From Candidatus Electronema halotolerans (GTDB lineage Bacteria; Desulfobacterota; Desulfobulbia; Desulfobulbales; Desulfobulbaceae), in contig OW818675.1 in assembly GCA_942493095.1 (NCBI GenBank), positions 2,250,001-2,282,000 on the forward strand: a stretch of 32,000 nucleotides of DNA. Direction: 5' to 3'. The notes under the pieces were generated by a model. That model did not search any database and was not told where the DNA came from. It saw nothing but the letters and a program-made list of their open reading frames with translations. Made by a program: the position numbers and the translations under genes. Within the stretch, counting starts at the first letter, position 1. The number at the start of each line of letters is the position of its first letter. Shown one piece after another: positions 8,353 to 19,146 of this stretch.

Positions 8353-9666
8353 TCAGCGTCCGCCCCTGCCGCCGCTGAATTTGCCGCCCTTCATAAAGCC
8401 GTCGTAACTGCGCATCACAAGATGCGACTGCACTTGGGAAATGGTGTCAATGGCCACGCCGACCACAATCAGCAAGGCCGTGCCGCCAAAGTAAAAGGGC
8501 ACATTGAACCTATGAATCAGAATGGTCGGCAGGACACAGACTGCGGCGAGATAGATCGCTCCGACCACGGTCAGGCGGATCAGAACTTTGTCAATGAATT
8601 CAGCGGATTTTTTCCCAGGCCGGATGCCGGGAATGAAGCCGCCGTTCTTCTTCAGATTCTCGGCCACATCTTCAGGATTGAAGGTGACAGCGGTGTAGAA
8701 AAAGCAGAAGAAGACGATCATGCCCACATACAGGGTGTAATAATAAATGGTTCCCGGCGACAGTTGCGCAGAAACCCGCTGCACCCAGTCAATTTGAATG
8801 AACGAGCCGATTGTGGCTGGAAACATCATGATTGACGAGGCAAAGATGGGCGGAATAACCCCGGAGATGTTGATTTTCAGCGGCAGATGAGAGGCCTGGC
8901 CGCCGTAAACCCTTCTTCCCACCACCCGTTTGGCATATTGAATGGGAATCTTGCGCTGGGCTGTCTCGCAATAGACGATGAAGGCCACAACAGCAAACAT
9001 CATGATCAGCAGGATCGGCACAAGAATAAAAGGAATCTCGCCGGTCTTGATGATCTGAATCGAGTTGACAATCGCGGCCGGCATTCTGGCAATGATGCCT
9101 GCGTAAATAATCATGGAAATGCCGTTGCCAATGCCCCGTTCCGTCATCTGCTCGCCCAGCCACATGATGAACGAAGTGCCTGAAGTCAGGGTCAGCACGG
9201 TCATGAATTTAAAGTCCAAGCCCGGATGCAGCACAATGGGCGCGCCGTCCGGAGCACTCATCTGCTCCAAGCCGGAGGCAATGAAAAAGCCCTGCACCAA
9301 AGCCAGGCCAACTGTGCTGTAACGGGTGTATTGGGTGATCTTGCGCTGCCCTGCCGCTCCTTCTTTTTTCAGGCTCTCCAACTGGGGAATGACCACAGTC
9401 AGCAGCTGAATGATGATGGAGGCGGAGATGTAGGGCATGATGCCCAAGGCGAAAATGGAAAAGTTATGCAGCGCACCGCCGGAAAACATGTTGAACATGC
9501 CGAACAGCGTGCCAGCATTTTGCGCAAAAAAAGCGGATAGAGCCTCACCGTTGATGCCCGGCGTGGGTATCTGCACCCCCATCCGATAGACCAGCAGCAT
9601 CAGCAGGGTAAAGACTGCCCGCTTGCGAAGCTCCGGGATGTTGGCCGCGCTGGCAAGTCCGCTCAT
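8353..9666 (-). CDS. secY: Preprotein translocase subunit SecY
   Basis: 437 aa and multi-pass hydrophobic. Has the N-terminal ELRKR..FTL..L.VYR.G..IP.PGI motif. Position after rplO. Confidence 0.97.
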   Translation of the reverse strand: MSGLASAANIPELRKRAVFTLLMLLVYRMGVQIPTPGINGEALSAFFAQNAGTLFGMFNMFSGGALHNFSIFALGIMPYISASIIIQLLTVVIPQLESLKKEGAAGQRKITQYTRYSTVGLALVQGFFIASGLEQMSAPDGAPIVLHPGLDFKFMTVLTLTSGTSFIMWLGEQMTERGIGNGISMIIYAGIIARMPAAIVNSIQIIKTGEIPFILVPILLIMMFAVVAFIVYCETAQRKIPIQYAKRVVGRRVYGGQASHLPLKINISGVIPPIFASSIMMFPATIGSFIQIDWVQRVSAQLSPGTIYYYTLYVGMIVFFCFFYTAVTFNPEDVAENLKKNGGFIPGIRPGKKSAEFIDKVLIRLTVVGAIYLAAVCVLPTILIHRFNVPFYFGGTALLIVVGVAIDTISQVQSHLVMRSYDGFMKGGKFSGGRGGR

Positions 9667-9669
9667 AGC

Positions 9670-10113
9670 CTATTCCTTGACCTCGCCTCCGGCGGCAAGA
9701 ATTTTCTCCCGTGCGCCTTGGCTGACTTTGTCCAGCTCCACTGTCACCTTGCGGCTGACCTCGCCGTTGGCCAGCACTTTGATCATCCTGCTCTCTTTGC
9801 CGCCGATGATTCCGGCAGTCCGCAGGGCTTCCCGGTTGACCACGGTTCCGTCTGCAAAACGGTCCAAGGCAGACAAGGTGATGATCACGTATTCTGTTTT
9901 GAATTTGTTGGTGAAGCCAACTTTGGGCAGACGACGGTGCAACGGCATCTGGCCGCCTTCAAAACCAATTCTGTGAGACGCGCCGGAACGGGCATTGGCA
10001 CCTTTATGGCCCTTGCCCGCTGTTTTTCCGTGGCCGCTGCCCTGCCCGCGCCCCAGACGCTTGCTCTGCCTGCGGGAGCCTGCAACTGGCGACAAATTGT
10101 TCAGCTTCAGCAT
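9670..10113 (-). CDS. rplO: 50S ribosomal protein L15
   Basis: 147 aa. [38 protein letters not shown] is the canonical L15 N-terminus. Confidence 0.97.
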   Translation of the reverse strand: MLKLNNLSPVAGSRRQSKRLGRGQGSGHGKTAGKGHKGANARSGASHRIGFEGGQMPLHRRLPKVGFTNKFKTEYVIITLSALDRFADGTVVNREALRTAGIIGGKESRMIKVLANGEVSRKVTVELDKVSQGAREKILAAGGEVKE

Positions 10114-10295
10114 TGCTTTTCCTCCACCCGGACCAGATGCTGGACCTTTCTGATCATCCCTCTGATCTCCGGCGTATTTTTCCGTGTCACTGTCTTCTGC
10201 ATCTTAGTCAGGCCCAGACCGGTCAGCGTGGCGCGAATTTTCTTGGTGCTGCCAATGCCGCTCTTCACTTGGGTCACTGTCACTGTCTCGCTCAT
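10107..10295 (-). CDS. rpmD: 50S ribosomal protein L30
   Basis: 62 aa. Contains ..VTQVKSGIG...K.R.TL.GLGL.K...TV....[13 protein letters not shown]. Overlaps the rplO start by 7 nt. Confidence 0.95.
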   Translation of the reverse strand: MSETVTVTQVKSGIGSTKKIRATLTGLGLTKMQKTVTRKNTPEIRGMIRKVQHLVRVEEKQC

Positions 10296-10337
10296 GATTC
10301 AACCATGTTCAACAAGGTTATTGGGGAAAATCATCTG

Positions 10338-10856
10338 TCAGGCAGTGATTTCCTCAACAGTCAGCCCTCTGAGGGCGGCAATATCCTCCTGGCTCCGCAG
10401 TCTGCGCAGCCCTTCAACTGTGGCCTTGACCAAGTTGTGGGGATTGTTGGAGCCTTGACATTTGGTGAGAATATTCTGCACCCCGGCAGCCTCCAGCACC
10501 GCCCGGACCGCGCCGCCCGCAATCACGCCCGTTCCTTCAGAAGCGGGCTTCAGCATCACTTTACCAGATTTGAACTTGCCGTCAACATGATGCGGAATGG
10601 AAACATCGGTCAGAGCGACCTGCTGCATGTCCTTGCGGGCGCGCTCCACGCCTTTGCGGATGGCTTCCGGCACCTGAGTGGCCTTGCCAAGTCCCTGCCC
10701 CACTCTGCCTTTGCCGTCACCAACCACGACAATGGCACTGAAGCTGAAACGACGGCCACCTTTCACCACTTTGGCCACCCGGTTGATATAGACTATTTTT
10801 TCTATCAGCTCTTCCTGCTGGTTGCCGCCTTCTTTGGCACGCTTGAAATCAGCCAA
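10338..10856 (-). CDS. rpsE: 30S ribosomal protein S5
   Basis: 172 aa with the [27 protein letters not shown] core. TTG start at 10854-10856 with GGAGGTG about 5 nt upstream. Confidence 0.94.
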   Translation of the reverse strand: MADFKRAKEGGNQQEELIEKIVYINRVAKVVKGGRRFSFSAIVVVGDGKGRVGQGLGKATQVPEAIRKGVERARKDMQQVALTDVSIPHHVDGKFKSGKVMLKPASEGTGVIAGGAVRAVLEAAGVQNILTKCQGSNNPHNLVKATVEGLRRLRSQEDIAALRGLTVEEITA

Positions 10857-10897
10857 GAAACACCTCCGATCAACTGAAATTTATTGCCGCCTGCACG

Positions 10898-11263
10898 TTA
10901 AAAATTCAAGCCGCCCTGCCGTGCCCCTTCCGCCAATGCCTTGACCCGGCCATGATAGAGATTGCCGCCTCTGTCAAACACAACCTTGTCAATGCCAGCG
11001 GCACGGGCGCGCTTGGCCGCCATCTCACCAACCCGACCTGCCTGAGCGACCTTTCCTTTCAGGTCGTCAGCAGTGAACTCCTTGTCCTCAGTTGACATGG
11101 AAACCAGCGTGTGTTGCTTCGTGTCGTCAACGATCTGCACATAAATATGACGGTTGCTCCGAAAAACACACATTCTGGGACGTTCCTGGGTGCCGATGAT
11201 TTTTTTGCGTATCCTTCTGATCCGTTTGTTCCGCGCTGCCAGCTTGCTGCTTTGCTTTGCCAT
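10898..11263 (-). CDS. rplR: 50S ribosomal protein L18
   Basis: 121 aa. [20 protein letters not shown]...[23 protein letters not shown] is canonical L18. Confidence 0.97.
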   Translation of the reverse strand: MAKQSSKLAARNKRIRRIRKKIIGTQERPRMCVFRSNRHIYVQIVDDTKQHTLVSMSTEDKEFTADDLKGKVAQAGRVGEMAAKRARAAGIDKVVFDRGGNLYHGRVKALAEGARQGGLNF

Positions 11264-11307
11264 GATGCCTTCACTTCATCCTTGAGTTGAACGCCTGAAA
11301 GCCGGAT

Positions 11308-11856
11308 TCACTTCTTGCCTTTGGCCCCGGACTTGCCTGCCTTGCGGACAATATGCTCATCCGCGTACCGAATGCCCTTGCCCTTGTACGGCTCAGGCTT
11401 GCGGATGGCCCTGATCTTGGCCGCTGTCTGCCCCACCAATTCCTTGTCAATCCCGGAGATGGTGATGTTGTTGCTTTTATCCACAGCGGCGGACACGCCC
11501 TCAGGCAGCAGAAACTGCACTGGATTGGAGTAGCCGACATTAAGGGTCAGCTTGGAGCCTTCCGCTGCGGCCCGGTAGCCCACGCCTTCTACGGCGAGCG
11601 CCTTGCTGAAGCCTTTGTCAACCCCGGCAACCATGTTGGCCACCAAAGTGCGGGTCAAGCCCCAGTAGGCCGCAACTTGCCGTCCGCCGCCTTTGGGTTT
11701 GAACACCAGCTGATTGTCTTCCTGCGTCACAGCGATTTCCGGGCGGAGATTCCGCTCCAGCGATCCCTTGCCGCCTGCGACTTTGATCCGGGTGCCCTGA
11801 ATTTCCACTTTGACTCCGTCAGGCAGCGGGACCGGCATTTTTCCGATTCGTGACAT
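11308..11856 (-). CDS. rplF: 50S ribosomal protein L6
   Basis: 182 aa with MSRIGKMPVPLPDGVKVEI.G..I.V.G.KG at the N-terminus. Confidence 0.97.
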   Translation of the reverse strand: MSRIGKMPVPLPDGVKVEIQGTRIKVAGGKGSLERNLRPEIAVTQEDNQLVFKPKGGGRQVAAYWGLTRTLVANMVAGVDKGFSKALAVEGVGYRAAAEGSKLTLNVGYSNPVQFLLPEGVSAAVDKSNNITISGIDKELVGQTAAKIRAIRKPEPYKGKGIRYADEHIVRKAGKSGAKGKK

Positions 11857-11879
11857 GTTCTTTCTCCTCTCAGGGGCTG

Positions 11880-12278
11880 CTACCAGACTTCGCAGAGCAG
11901 TTCGCCGCCCACATGCAGCCTGCGGGCTTCACGGTCAGACATGACCCCCTTGGAGGTCGTCAGGATGCCCACGCCCAGTCCGCTCATCACAGTGGGGATG
12001 GCATCGCTCTTCTTATATTGACGCAAGCCCGGCTTGGAAACCCGGCGCAGGCCAGTGATGACCTTCTCGTTGTTGGGGCCGTACTTCAGTTCTACTGTGA
12101 TGGTGCCCTGCACACCCTGCGTCGCAACCTGATAATCATTGATGTACCCTTCTTTTTTCAGGACATCAGCCACACTGACTTTCAGATTTGACAGCGGAAT
12201 CTCCACCGTGTCAAAATGCGCCCGGACAGCATTTCGTATTCTGGTCAGAAAATCTGCCAGCGGATCGCTCATAGACAT
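11880..12278 (-). CDS. rpsH: 30S ribosomal protein S8
   Basis: 132 aa. Begins MSMSDPLADFLTRIRNA and ends ...GGELLCEVW. Confidence 0.97.
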   Translation of the reverse strand: MSMSDPLADFLTRIRNAVRAHFDTVEIPLSNLKVSVADVLKKEGYINDYQVATQGVQGTITVELKYGPNNEKVITGLRRVSKPGLRQYKKSDAIPTVMSGLGVGILTTSKGVMSDREARRLHVGGELLCEVW

Positions 12279-12330
12279 CCGAATACACCTCTGTGAATTG
12301 CTTTTCGTTGCGGCGGCCTTGGCCGGAGGA

Positions 12331-12516
12331 CTACCAGCTTGACTTGGTCACGCCGGTGATTTTACCCTCTGAGGCCAGCTTGCGGAAGCAGAGCCTGCAG
12401 CAGCCGAATTTCCTCATATATGCCCGTGGCCGTCCGCAGAGCTGGCAGCGGTTGTAGTTCCGCACTGCATACTTCTGCTTCCGCGCCGCTTTGGCGATCA
12501 GTGATTTTTTTGCCAT
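12331..12516 (-). CDS. rpsN: 30S ribosomal protein S14, short type-Z Zn-binding form
   Basis: 61 aa. [41 protein letters not shown] carries CxxC...CxxC. Confidence 0.96.
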   Translation of the reverse strand: MAKKSLIAKAARKQKYAVRNYNRCQLCGRPRAYMRKFGCCRLCFRKLASEGKITGVTKSSW

Positions 12517-12531
12517 GATCAGTCTCCTGCG

Positions 12532-13104
12532 TCAGTTGCCGCCCTGCTGGGCAGTCTCTGTTTTCTGCTGCTTGAACGGCATGCCCAGCCTGGCGAGCAG
12601 GGCGCGGCCCTCATCATCCGTTTTGGCACTGGTGACAATGGTGATGTTCAGCCCTCTGATCTTCTCAATCTTGTCGTAATCAATCTCAGGAAAGATGATA
12701 TGCTCCTTGATACCCATTGAGAAGTTGCCGCTGCCGTCAAAGCCCTTGGGAGAAACCCCCCGGAAGTCGCGCACGCGCGGCAGGGCGATGTTGACTAACT
12801 TGGCCAGAAAATCGTACATTCTGTCCCGGCGCAGGGTCACGCAGGTGCCGATTGGCATCCCTTCCCGCAATTTGAAAGTGGCGATGGATTTTCTCGCCCG
12901 GGTGACCACCGCCTTCTGTCCGGCGATCAGGGTCAGCTCGCCAGCCGCCTTCTCCACCACCTTGGGATTCTGCACTGCCTCGCCCAAGCCCATGTTGAGA
13001 ACAATTTTCTCCACTCTGGGAATTTGCAATCTGTTTTGATAACCAAACTCCTGCTGGAGCTGGGGTCTGCACTCATTTTCGTACAGTTCTCTCATCGTAG
13101 CCAT
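12532..13104 (-). CDS. rplE: 50S ribosomal protein L5
   Basis: 190 aa. Contains [18 protein letters not shown] and [19 protein letters not shown]. Confidence 0.96.
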   Translation of the reverse strand: MATMRELYENECRPQLQQEFGYQNRLQIPRVEKIVLNMGLGEAVQNPKVVEKAAGELTLIAGQKAVVTRARKSIATFKLREGMPIGTCVTLRRDRMYDFLAKLVNIALPRVRDFRGVSPKGFDGSGNFSMGIKEHIIFPEIDYDKIEKIRGLNITIVTSAKTDDEGRALLARLGMPFKQQKTETAQQGGN

Positions 13105-13140
13105 GTAAATCGCTCCAATTCTGCGCAGATGGCAGACAGC

Positions 13141-13479
13141 TTACTTTGCGGATGCCGTCAAGGTCGCACCGCATTTCTTGCAGACCCGGACTTTTGTGCC
13201 GTCCTCAAGCACCTTCCTGCCGATGCGGACCGTCTTGGCGCACTCCGGGCAGACAAGCATGAGATTCGAGATATGAATGGGGGCTTCCTTCCTGATGATC
13301 TCGCCGGGCTGCTGCTCGCTCACCGGCTTCCGGTGCTTGGTGATCATGTTGATCCGTTCGACCAAAGCGCGGTTCGCTCCCCGGTCAATTTTGAGCACCT
13401 TGCCGACCCGCCCTCTGTCTTTGCCGGCAATCACTTCCACCTGATCATTTTTCCGCAAACTTGTCTGTCCCTGCCGCAT
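13141..13479 (-). CDS. rplX: 50S ribosomal protein L24 (C-terminal CxxC...CxxC)
   Basis: Track ORF 13141..13509 trimmed to ATG 13477-13479. This gives [28 protein letters not shown], with AGGA about 7 nt upstream. The first ATG at 13509 has its AGGA at zero spacing. The KOW motif is present. The start choice is moderately certain. Confidence 0.88.
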   Translation of the reverse strand: MRQGQTSLRKNDQVEVIAGKDRGRVGKVLKIDRGANRALVERINMITKHRKPVSEQQPGEIIRKEAPIHISNLMLVCPECAKTVRIGRKVLEDGTKVRVCKKCGATLTASAK

Positions 13480-13526
13480 CTTCCTGTCCTCGTTTCCTGT
13501 GGCCCGCATTCCTAGTTTTTTGTTGC

Positions 13527-13895
13527 TTACAGCACTTCCGGCGCAAGCGATATGATCTTCATAAAACCGAGCGAGCGCAGCTCGCGGGCCACCGGCCCAA
13601 AGATGCGGGTGCCCACCGGCTCTCCGTTGCCGGAAAGCAGCACTGCCGCGTTGTCATCAAAGCGAACCACTGTGTCCTCAGGTCGCCTGATCTCCTTGCT
13701 GGTGCGGACCACAACGGCATTGAGCACATCGCCCTTTTTGACCTTCGCGTTCGGAATGGCCTCTTTGACTGTGACAACAATCACATCGCCGATGCTGGCA
13801 TACCGACGGCGGCTGCCGCCCAGCACCCGGATGCAGAGCACTTTCTTAGCTCCTGAATTGTCCGCGACATTCAGTCTGGTTTCTGTCTGAATCAT
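13527..13895 (-). CDS. rplN: 50S ribosomal protein L14
   Basis: Track ORF 13527..14006 trimmed to ATG 13893-13895. This gives [18 protein letters not shown], the canonical L14 start, with SD AGGTGA upstream. The 37-codon extension overlaps rpsQ. Confidence 0.95.
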   Translation of the reverse strand: MIQTETRLNVADNSGAKKVLCIRVLGGSRRRYASIGDVIVVTVKEAIPNAKVKKGDVLNAVVVRTSKEIRRPEDTVVRFDDNAAVLLSGNGEPVGTRIFGPVARELRSLGFMKIISLAPEVL

Positions 13896-13942
13896 GGTAT
13901 CACCTGAATAAGTTGCGCAATCAAAATATCCTGACGGACAGA

Positions 13943-14203
13943 TCAGACAGCCCGCTGGACAATGCTCCTGACAAACCAGCGTTTGCGCTTGGAAAGCGGC
14001 CTGCACTCCTCAATCAGGACTGTGTCGCCGATATTGCATTCGTTCGCGGCATCATGCGCCATGTAATTCACCCGGCGGCGGATGTACTTGCCGTACAGCT
14101 TGTGCCGGACTTTCCGTTCAACCGTGACGACCACTGTCCTGTCCATGCGGTTGCTTTTGACAAAGCCCAACTGGGTCTTTCTGGAACTTGATTTCTCGCT
14201 CAT
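13943..14203 (-). CDS. rpsQ: 30S ribosomal protein S17
   Basis: 86 aa. G.V.S..MD.T.VV.VER...H.LY.K......KY.AHD..NE...GD.V.I.E.RPLSK.K.W is canonical S17. Confidence 0.96.
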   Translation of the reverse strand: MSEKSSSRKTQLGFVKSNRMDRTVVVTVERKVRHKLYGKYIRRRVNYMAHDAANECNIGDTVLIEECRPLSKRKRWFVRSIVQRAV

Positions 14204-14242
14204 TCTTATATTTGTTCCGGTGTGCTGGTTTCAGGCCGGGCC

Positions 14243-14437
14243 TCAGGCTGCCTGCTCAGTCAGAATGGTCTGCACTCTGGCGATATCTTTGCGCAGCTGC
14301 TTCAGCCGGGCTGGATTTTCCAATTTCCGAATCCCATGCTGAAACCTGAGCTTGAACAGCTCCTCACGCATTTCCTGCTCTTTTTTCCGCAGATCGCCGC
14401 CGCTCAGTTTCCGCAGCTCGCTGACAGTTGTCTTCAT
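14243..14437 (-). CDS. rpmC: 50S ribosomal protein L29
   Basis: 64 aa with ELRKLS..DL.K.....[13 protein letters not shown] overlap with the rplP stop. Confidence 0.95.
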   Translation of the reverse strand: MKTTVSELRKLSGGDLRKKEQEMREELFKLRFQHGIRKLENPARLKQLRKDIARVQTILTEQAA

Positions 14438-14850
14438 ATCGTGCTGCTCCTGGTGATGATCCGGGTCGGGAAAGGCAGTTTGTAGGAAGCCAGGCGCAGC
14501 GCCTCTTTGGCCACATCCTCCGGCACCCCTTTCAGCTCATAGAGAATTCTGCCCGGCTTGATGACCATCACCCAAGAATCAGGTGAACCCTTGCCTCCGC
14601 CCATGCGGGTTTCCGCCGGCTTTTTGGTGATTGACTTGGCAGGAAAAACCCTGATCCAGAGCTTGCCGCCACGTTTCACCCGTCTGTTGATGGCAATACG
14701 GGCCGCCTCAATCTGCTGGGCGGTCATACGACCGCAGCCTTCCGCTTTCAGGGCATAATCACCAAAGGCAAGCTGCGAACCCCGCTGGGACTCGCCGCGC
14801 ATTCTGCCCTTATGCTGCTTCCTGTGCTTTACCTTGCGTGGACTTAACAT
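14434..14850 (-). CDS. rplP: 50S ribosomal protein L16
   Basis: 138 aa, starting [19 protein letters not shown]. Confidence 0.97.
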   Translation of the reverse strand: MLSPRKVKHRKQHKGRMRGESQRGSQLAFGDYALKAEGCGRMTAQQIEAARIAINRRVKRGGKLWIRVFPAKSITKKPAETRMGGGKGSPDSWVMVIKPGRILYELKGVPEDVAKEALRLASYKLPFPTRIITRSSTI

Positions 14851-14868
14851 TGCTCAATACCTTCTCTG

Positions 14869-15519
14869 TTACTGGTCAAGAGACGGCCCGCCGTCTGTCA
14901 GCACCTCGCCCCGGAATATCCAGACCTTGACTCCGATCTTGCCATAAGTGGTGCTGGCCTCGGCAAGGCCGTAATCAATATCGGCCCGCAAAGTGTGCAG
15001 CGGCACCCGGCCTTCCTTGAACCACTCTGTTCTGGACATTTCCGCGCCGCCCAGTCGTCCTGAACAGGAAATTTTGATGCCTTTGACTCCGAAACGGAGA
15101 GCCGTGCTGATTGACTTTTTCATTGCCCGGCGGAAGGCGATGCGCTTCTCCAGCTGGCCGGCAATGTTTTCCGCCACCAACTGCGCATCCGCCTCAGGCC
15201 GTCTGATCTCCTGAATGTCGATCATGCACTCGCGGCTGAACTTCCGCTCAAGCTCCCGCTTCAGGTTCTCAATCTCAGCCCCTTTCTTGCCGATGACGAT
15301 TCCGGGACGCGCTGTGAACAGTCTGATCCGCACCTTCTCGCCAGTGCGCTCAATCACAATCCGGGCCACTCCGGCATGATACAGTTTCTTTTTCAGATAG
15401 CTGCGCATCTGCTGATCCTGATGCAGATTGGCGGCATAATCCCGGTCAGCATACCAGATTGAATCCCATGTTCTGGTGATGTTGAGCCGCAGCCCAATAG
15501 GATTGACTTTTTGTCCCAA
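14869..15519 (-). CDS. rpsC: 30S ribosomal protein S3
   Basis: 216 aa. The invariant [13 protein letters not shown]-terminus is encoded with a TTG start at 15517-15519, and GGAGG lies 6 nt upstream. Confidence 0.96.
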   Translation of the reverse strand: MGQKVNPIGLRLNITRTWDSIWYADRDYAANLHQDQQMRSYLKKKLYHAGVARIVIERTGEKVRIRLFTARPGIVIGKKGAEIENLKRELERKFSRECMIDIQEIRRPEADAQLVAENIAGQLEKRIAFRRAMKKSISTALRFGVKGIKISCSGRLGGAEMSRTEWFKEGRVPLHTLRADIDYGLAEASTTYGKIGVKVWIFRGEVLTDGGPSLDQ

Positions 15520-15568
15520 CGTGTCCTCCGTGTTCCCTATGCGGTTTTGATCTCAATACAAGCAGTTC

Positions 15569-15910
15569 TCAGTGCAGACCCCGCTCATCAACAACCACTG
15601 TGATATGACTGGTCCGTTTCAATATTTTACCTGCCCGCCCCATAGCTCTGGGCCGGAACCGCTTGAGCATCGGCCCGCCATTGATCTGGATTTCCTTCAC
15701 ATAGAGCGTGTCCACATCAATGGTCTCAGTCTGCTCGGCATTGGCAATTGCTGATTCCAGCACCTTGCGCAAAATTTCAGCCGCTTTTTTCGGCATGAAC
15801 CTGAGCGTGGTGATCGCGCTCTCCACATCCTTGCCCCGGACCACATCAGCCACCAGCCGCGCCTTCTGCGGGGAGATGCGGATATACTTTGCCACGGCTT
15901 TTGCTTCCAT
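15569..15910 (-). CDS. rplV: 50S ribosomal protein L22
   Basis: 113 aa with [20 protein letters not shown]...L.F.PKKAA. Confidence 0.97.
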   Translation of the reverse strand: MEAKAVAKYIRISPQKARLVADVVRGKDVESAITTLRFMPKKAAEILRKVLESAIANAEQTETIDVDTLYVKEIQINGGPMLKRFRPRAMGRAGKILKRTSHITVVVDERGLH

Positions 15911-15952
15911 CCTCTGACTCCTGCTTTTTCCTCTGTTTTCAGGCTGGCCGGG

Positions 15953-16231
15953 TTACTTGCGCTTGCCTTTCTTGTCCGCCGCGTGGCCGTGGTAGGTTCT
16001 CGTCAACGAAAATTCGCCCAGCTTGTGCCCGACCATGTTTTCCGAAACATAGACTGGAATGAACTTCCTTCCGTTGTGAACGGCAAAGGTCAGGCCCACC
16101 ATTTCAGGAACAATATCCGAACGTCTGGACCAGGTCTTGATCACCTTGCCGCCGCCTGATGTCTGAGATTTCTCCACTTTTTTCATCAGGTGACCGTCAA
16201 TAAACGGTCCTTTCTTAATGGAACGTGCCAT
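15953..16231 (-). CDS. rpsS: 30S ribosomal protein S19
   Basis: 92 aa with [15 protein letters not shown] and TRTYHGH. Confidence 0.97.
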   Translation of the reverse strand: MARSIKKGPFIDGHLMKKVEKSQTSGGGKVIKTWSRRSDIVPEMVGLTFAVHNGRKFIPVYVSENMVGHKLGEFSLTRTYHGHAADKKGKRK

Positions 16232-16248
16232 GCTGATGCTCTCCTGAA

Positions 16249-17073
16249 TTACTTGCGCTTGGTGACAATGTCGCGGTCAGATGCCTTCTTTTTCCGGCGG
16301 GTCTTGTAGCCCTTGGCTGGCATGCCCCACGGCGAGCAAGGATTGCGACCGCCTGAGCTTTTGCCCTCGCCGCCGCCCATTGGATGATCAACTGGGTTCA
16401 TGGCCACGCCGCGCACCGAAGGCCGCCTGCCTTCCCAGCGCGCCCGGCCCGCCTTGCCCAATTTGCGGCTGCTGTGCTCGGCATTGCCCACCGCGCCGAT
16501 GCAGGCCCGGCACTGACTGTTGAATTTGCGCACCTCGCCAGACGGCAGCTTGACCAAGACGTGACTGCCCTCTTTGGCCATGAGCTGGGCCGCAGCTCCG
16601 GCAGAACGGACAATCTGCGCCCCTTTGCCGATCTTCATCTCCACATTGTGAATGATGGTGCCCAAAGGAATATGACTCATCGGCAGGCAGTTGCCCGGCT
16701 TGATGTCCGCGTCCGCGCCCGCAGTCAGCATGTCGCCGACACGGATGCCCGCCGGGGCGAGAATATAGGTTTTTTCGCCATCAAGATAGGTCAGCAGAGC
16801 AATATTGGCGGAGCGGTTGGGGTCATACTCCAAGGCGGTGACTTTGGCCGGCACCCCGGTCTTGTTCCGCTTCCAGTCAATGACGCGGTATTTGCGCTTG
16901 TGCCCGCCGCCGATATGCCGGGCGGTTATCCGTCCGTAAGCGTTCCGTCCGCCAGTTTTCTTCAGCGGTCTGAGCAGGCTCTTTTCAGGAGCTTTGTCAG
17001 AAATATCCGGCTGGACTATGGATACCTGATGCCGTTTGCCCGGTGATGTCGGTTTATGGGTCCTGATTGCCAT
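16249..17073 (-). CDS. rplB: 50S ribosomal protein L2
   Basis: 274 aa. Contains [27 protein letters not shown]-like and [13 protein letters not shown]. Confidence 0.98.
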   Translation of the reverse strand: MAIRTHKPTSPGKRHQVSIVQPDISDKAPEKSLLRPLKKTGGRNAYGRITARHIGGGHKRKYRVIDWKRNKTGVPAKVTALEYDPNRSANIALLTYLDGEKTYILAPAGIRVGDMLTAGADADIKPGNCLPMSHIPLGTIIHNVEMKIGKGAQIVRSAGAAAQLMAKEGSHVLVKLPSGEVRKFNSQCRACIGAVGNAEHSSRKLGKAGRARWEGRRPSVRGVAMNPVDHPMGGGEGKSSGGRNPCSPWGMPAKGYKTRRKKKASDRDIVTKRK

Positions 17074-17127
17074 GTTTTTGTCCGTTCTCTGTTATATCCT
17101 CAAATCTGAAGCAAGGACTGGGCCGCC

Positions 17128-17418
17128 TCACAGCTCATCAAGATAATTTATTTTCCCTTCGGACAGCTTGATGTAGGCTTTTTTCCAATCGCTGGTCCGC
17201 CCGGCAGGTCTGGCACCAATTCGCTTCTGCTTGCCTCGCATCTTCACTGTTCTGACTGAAGCGACCTTGACCTTGAAAAGCTGCTCCACAGCCTGCCGGA
17301 TTTCAATCTTGTTCGCCTCTGAGGCGACCTTGAAGGTGACCGTGTTCTCCGCCTCTTGGAGCAAATTGGATTTCTCGGTCATGTACGGCTCTTTGATCAC
17401 ATCATAAATCACTTTCAT
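17128..17418 (-). CDS. rplW: 50S ribosomal protein L23
   Basis: 96 aa with YDVIKEPYMTEKS. 4-nt overlap with the rplD stop. Confidence 0.96.
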   Translation of the reverse strand: MKVIYDVIKEPYMTEKSNLLQEAENTVTFKVASEANKIEIRQAVEQLFKVKVASVRTVKMRGKQKRIGARPAGRTSDWKKAYIKLSEGKINYLDEL

Positions 17419-18038
17419 GCCATCAGCCTCGCTTCCAACTGCTCCAAAGTGGATTTGACAATCATCAGCTTGTCATACTTGAGAATATCATACACATTCA
17501 GCCCTTCGGCAGGCATGACCTGATAGCCAAGCGCATTGCGGGCCGAGAGCTGCAGGTTGGTGTTTTCCTTTTCCGCCACCAGCAGACAGTTGGCAAAGGT
17601 GAAATTCCGCATCACCCCGACAAAGTCCTTGGTCTTAGGAGCCGTCAGCTCAAACTGATCAAGAATCACCACATTGCCTTCGCTCATCCGGGCTGACAGG
17701 GCCATGCGCAGAGCCAGCCGCCGCACCTTTTTCGGCATGGTGTAGCTGTAGTCTCTCGGCTTGGGACCGAAGGCAGTGCCGCCGCCGCACCAGACCGGCG
17801 AATTGTTGCTGCCTGACCTAGCCCGGCCTGTGCCTTTCTGCCGCCACGGTTTTTTGCCGCCGCCGCTCACTTCGCCTCTGGTCTTGGTCGAAGCAGTGCC
17901 TTTGCGGCGGCAGGCGCGCTGCATGCAGACCACTTCATGAAGAATGCCCGGATTCACCGGCACCGCGAACAGACTGTCGCTGACTTCCATCTCCGCGACT
18001 TTTTCCGCCGAGGTGTTCATTACATCACAAACTGACAT
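17415..18038 (-). CDS. rplD: 50S ribosomal protein L4
   Basis: 207 aa. Contains [30 protein letters not shown] at 18036-18038 with AAGGGAG 8 nt upstream. Confidence 0.96.
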   Translation of the reverse strand: MSVCDVMNTSAEKVAEMEVSDSLFAVPVNPGILHEVVCMQRACRRKGTASTKTRGEVSGGGKKPWRQKGTGRARSGSNNSPVWCGGGTAFGPKPRDYSYTMPKKVRRLALRMALSARMSEGNVVILDQFELTAPKTKDFVGVMRNFTFANCLLVAEKENTNLQLSARNALGYQVMPAEGLNVYDILKYDKLMIVKSTLEQLEARLMA

Positions 18039-18062
18039 GAGTCATCTCCCTTGCAAGGCAGC

Positions 18063-18695
18063 TTATGCCTTAGTGTAAATGCTGACCAAGCCGTTCTTTG
18101 CCCCGGGCACTGCTCCTTTGACCAGCAGAATGTTCTCTTCTTCGCGGATATCGACCACAGTGAGATTCTTGATAGTCTTCTTTTCCACGCCCATCCGGCC
18201 CGGCATCTTCTTGCCTTTGACGACCCGGCTGGGGTAGGCGCTGCAGCCAATGGAACCCGGTGCCCGCTGAAAATTGGAGCCGTGCGTCTCCCGACCGCCG
18301 CCAAAACCGTGCCGTTTGATCACGCCTTGAAAGCCCCGGCCCTTGCTGTGGCCTGTGATGTCAATTTTATCGCCGATTTTAAACAGCTCGCTGACAAGAA
18401 TCTGCTGGCCCAACTCGTACCCCTGCGGATTTTCGACCCGGAACTCCCGGACATGATAATATCCCGCATCGCCAGCCTTCTTAAAATGACCTGCTTCCGG
18501 CTTGTTCAATCTGGACTGCTTCTTTTCGCCAAACCCCACCTGAATGGCATTGTATCCTTCTTTGCCGACAGTTTTCTTCTGCAGCACAACACAGGGGCCA
18601 GCTTCTATGACTGTGACCGGGCTGACCTGACCGACTTCATCATACACTCTGGTCATGCCCAGCTTCCGTCCCAGTATTCCATTTGTCTTCGGCAT
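18063..18695 (-). CDS. rplC: 50S ribosomal protein L3
   Basis: Contains GILGRKLGMTRVY... and a KGRGFQG..KRHGF.GG core. The track ORF begins at TTG 18710 with no SD. I prefer ATG 18693-18695 (MPKTNGILG), but the start remains ambiguous by 5 codons. Confidence 0.9.
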   Translation of the reverse strand: MPKTNGILGRKLGMTRVYDEVGQVSPVTVIEAGPCVVLQKKTVGKEGYNAIQVGFGEKKQSRLNKPEAGHFKKAGDAGYYHVREFRVENPQGYELGQQILVSELFKIGDKIDITGHSKGRGFQGVIKRHGFGGGRETHGSNFQRAPGSIGCSAYPSRVVKGKKMPGRMGVEKKTIKNLTVVDIREEENILLVKGAVPGAKNGLVSIYTKA

Positions 18696-18766
18696 TTTTT
18701 TACCTGTCAACGCTAATAAACTCTGTCAAAACGGAACTTGTCCGCCGCATCCCCTGCCGGAACGTC

Positions 18767-19081
18767 TCAGGGCAGCTTGATTTCCACATCCACGCCTGCT
18801 GAAAGCTGGAGCTTCATCAGCGAATCAATTGTCTGCTGGGTCGGCTCAAGAATGTCAAGCAGACGGCGATGAGTGCGCATTTCAAACTGCTCCCTGGACT
18901 TTTTGTCCACATGGGGCGATCTGAGCACCGTGTATTTGCTGATGCTGGTCGGCAGCGGAATCGGCCCGGCCACAGTCGCGCCTGTGCGCCGCGCTGTCTC
19001 GACGATTTCCGAAGTTGACTGGTCAAGCAGCTTGTAATCGTAGCCTTTGAGCCTGATGCGAATTTTGTCTGTGTTGATCAT
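18767..19081 (-). CDS. rpsJ: 30S ribosomal protein S10
   Basis: 104 aa with [37 protein letters not shown]. Confidence 0.97.
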   Translation of the reverse strand: MINTDKIRIRLKGYDYKLLDQSTSEIVETARRTGATVAGPIPLPTSISKYTVLRSPHVDKKSREQFEMRTHRRLLDILEPTQQTIDSLMKLQLSAGVDVEIKLP

Positions 19082-19146
19082 GGGTTCCTCTTTCCTGCCG
19101 CCGTCCTCAGCTGACTGTCATCCGGTCTGCTGTCATGGCTGCGAAC

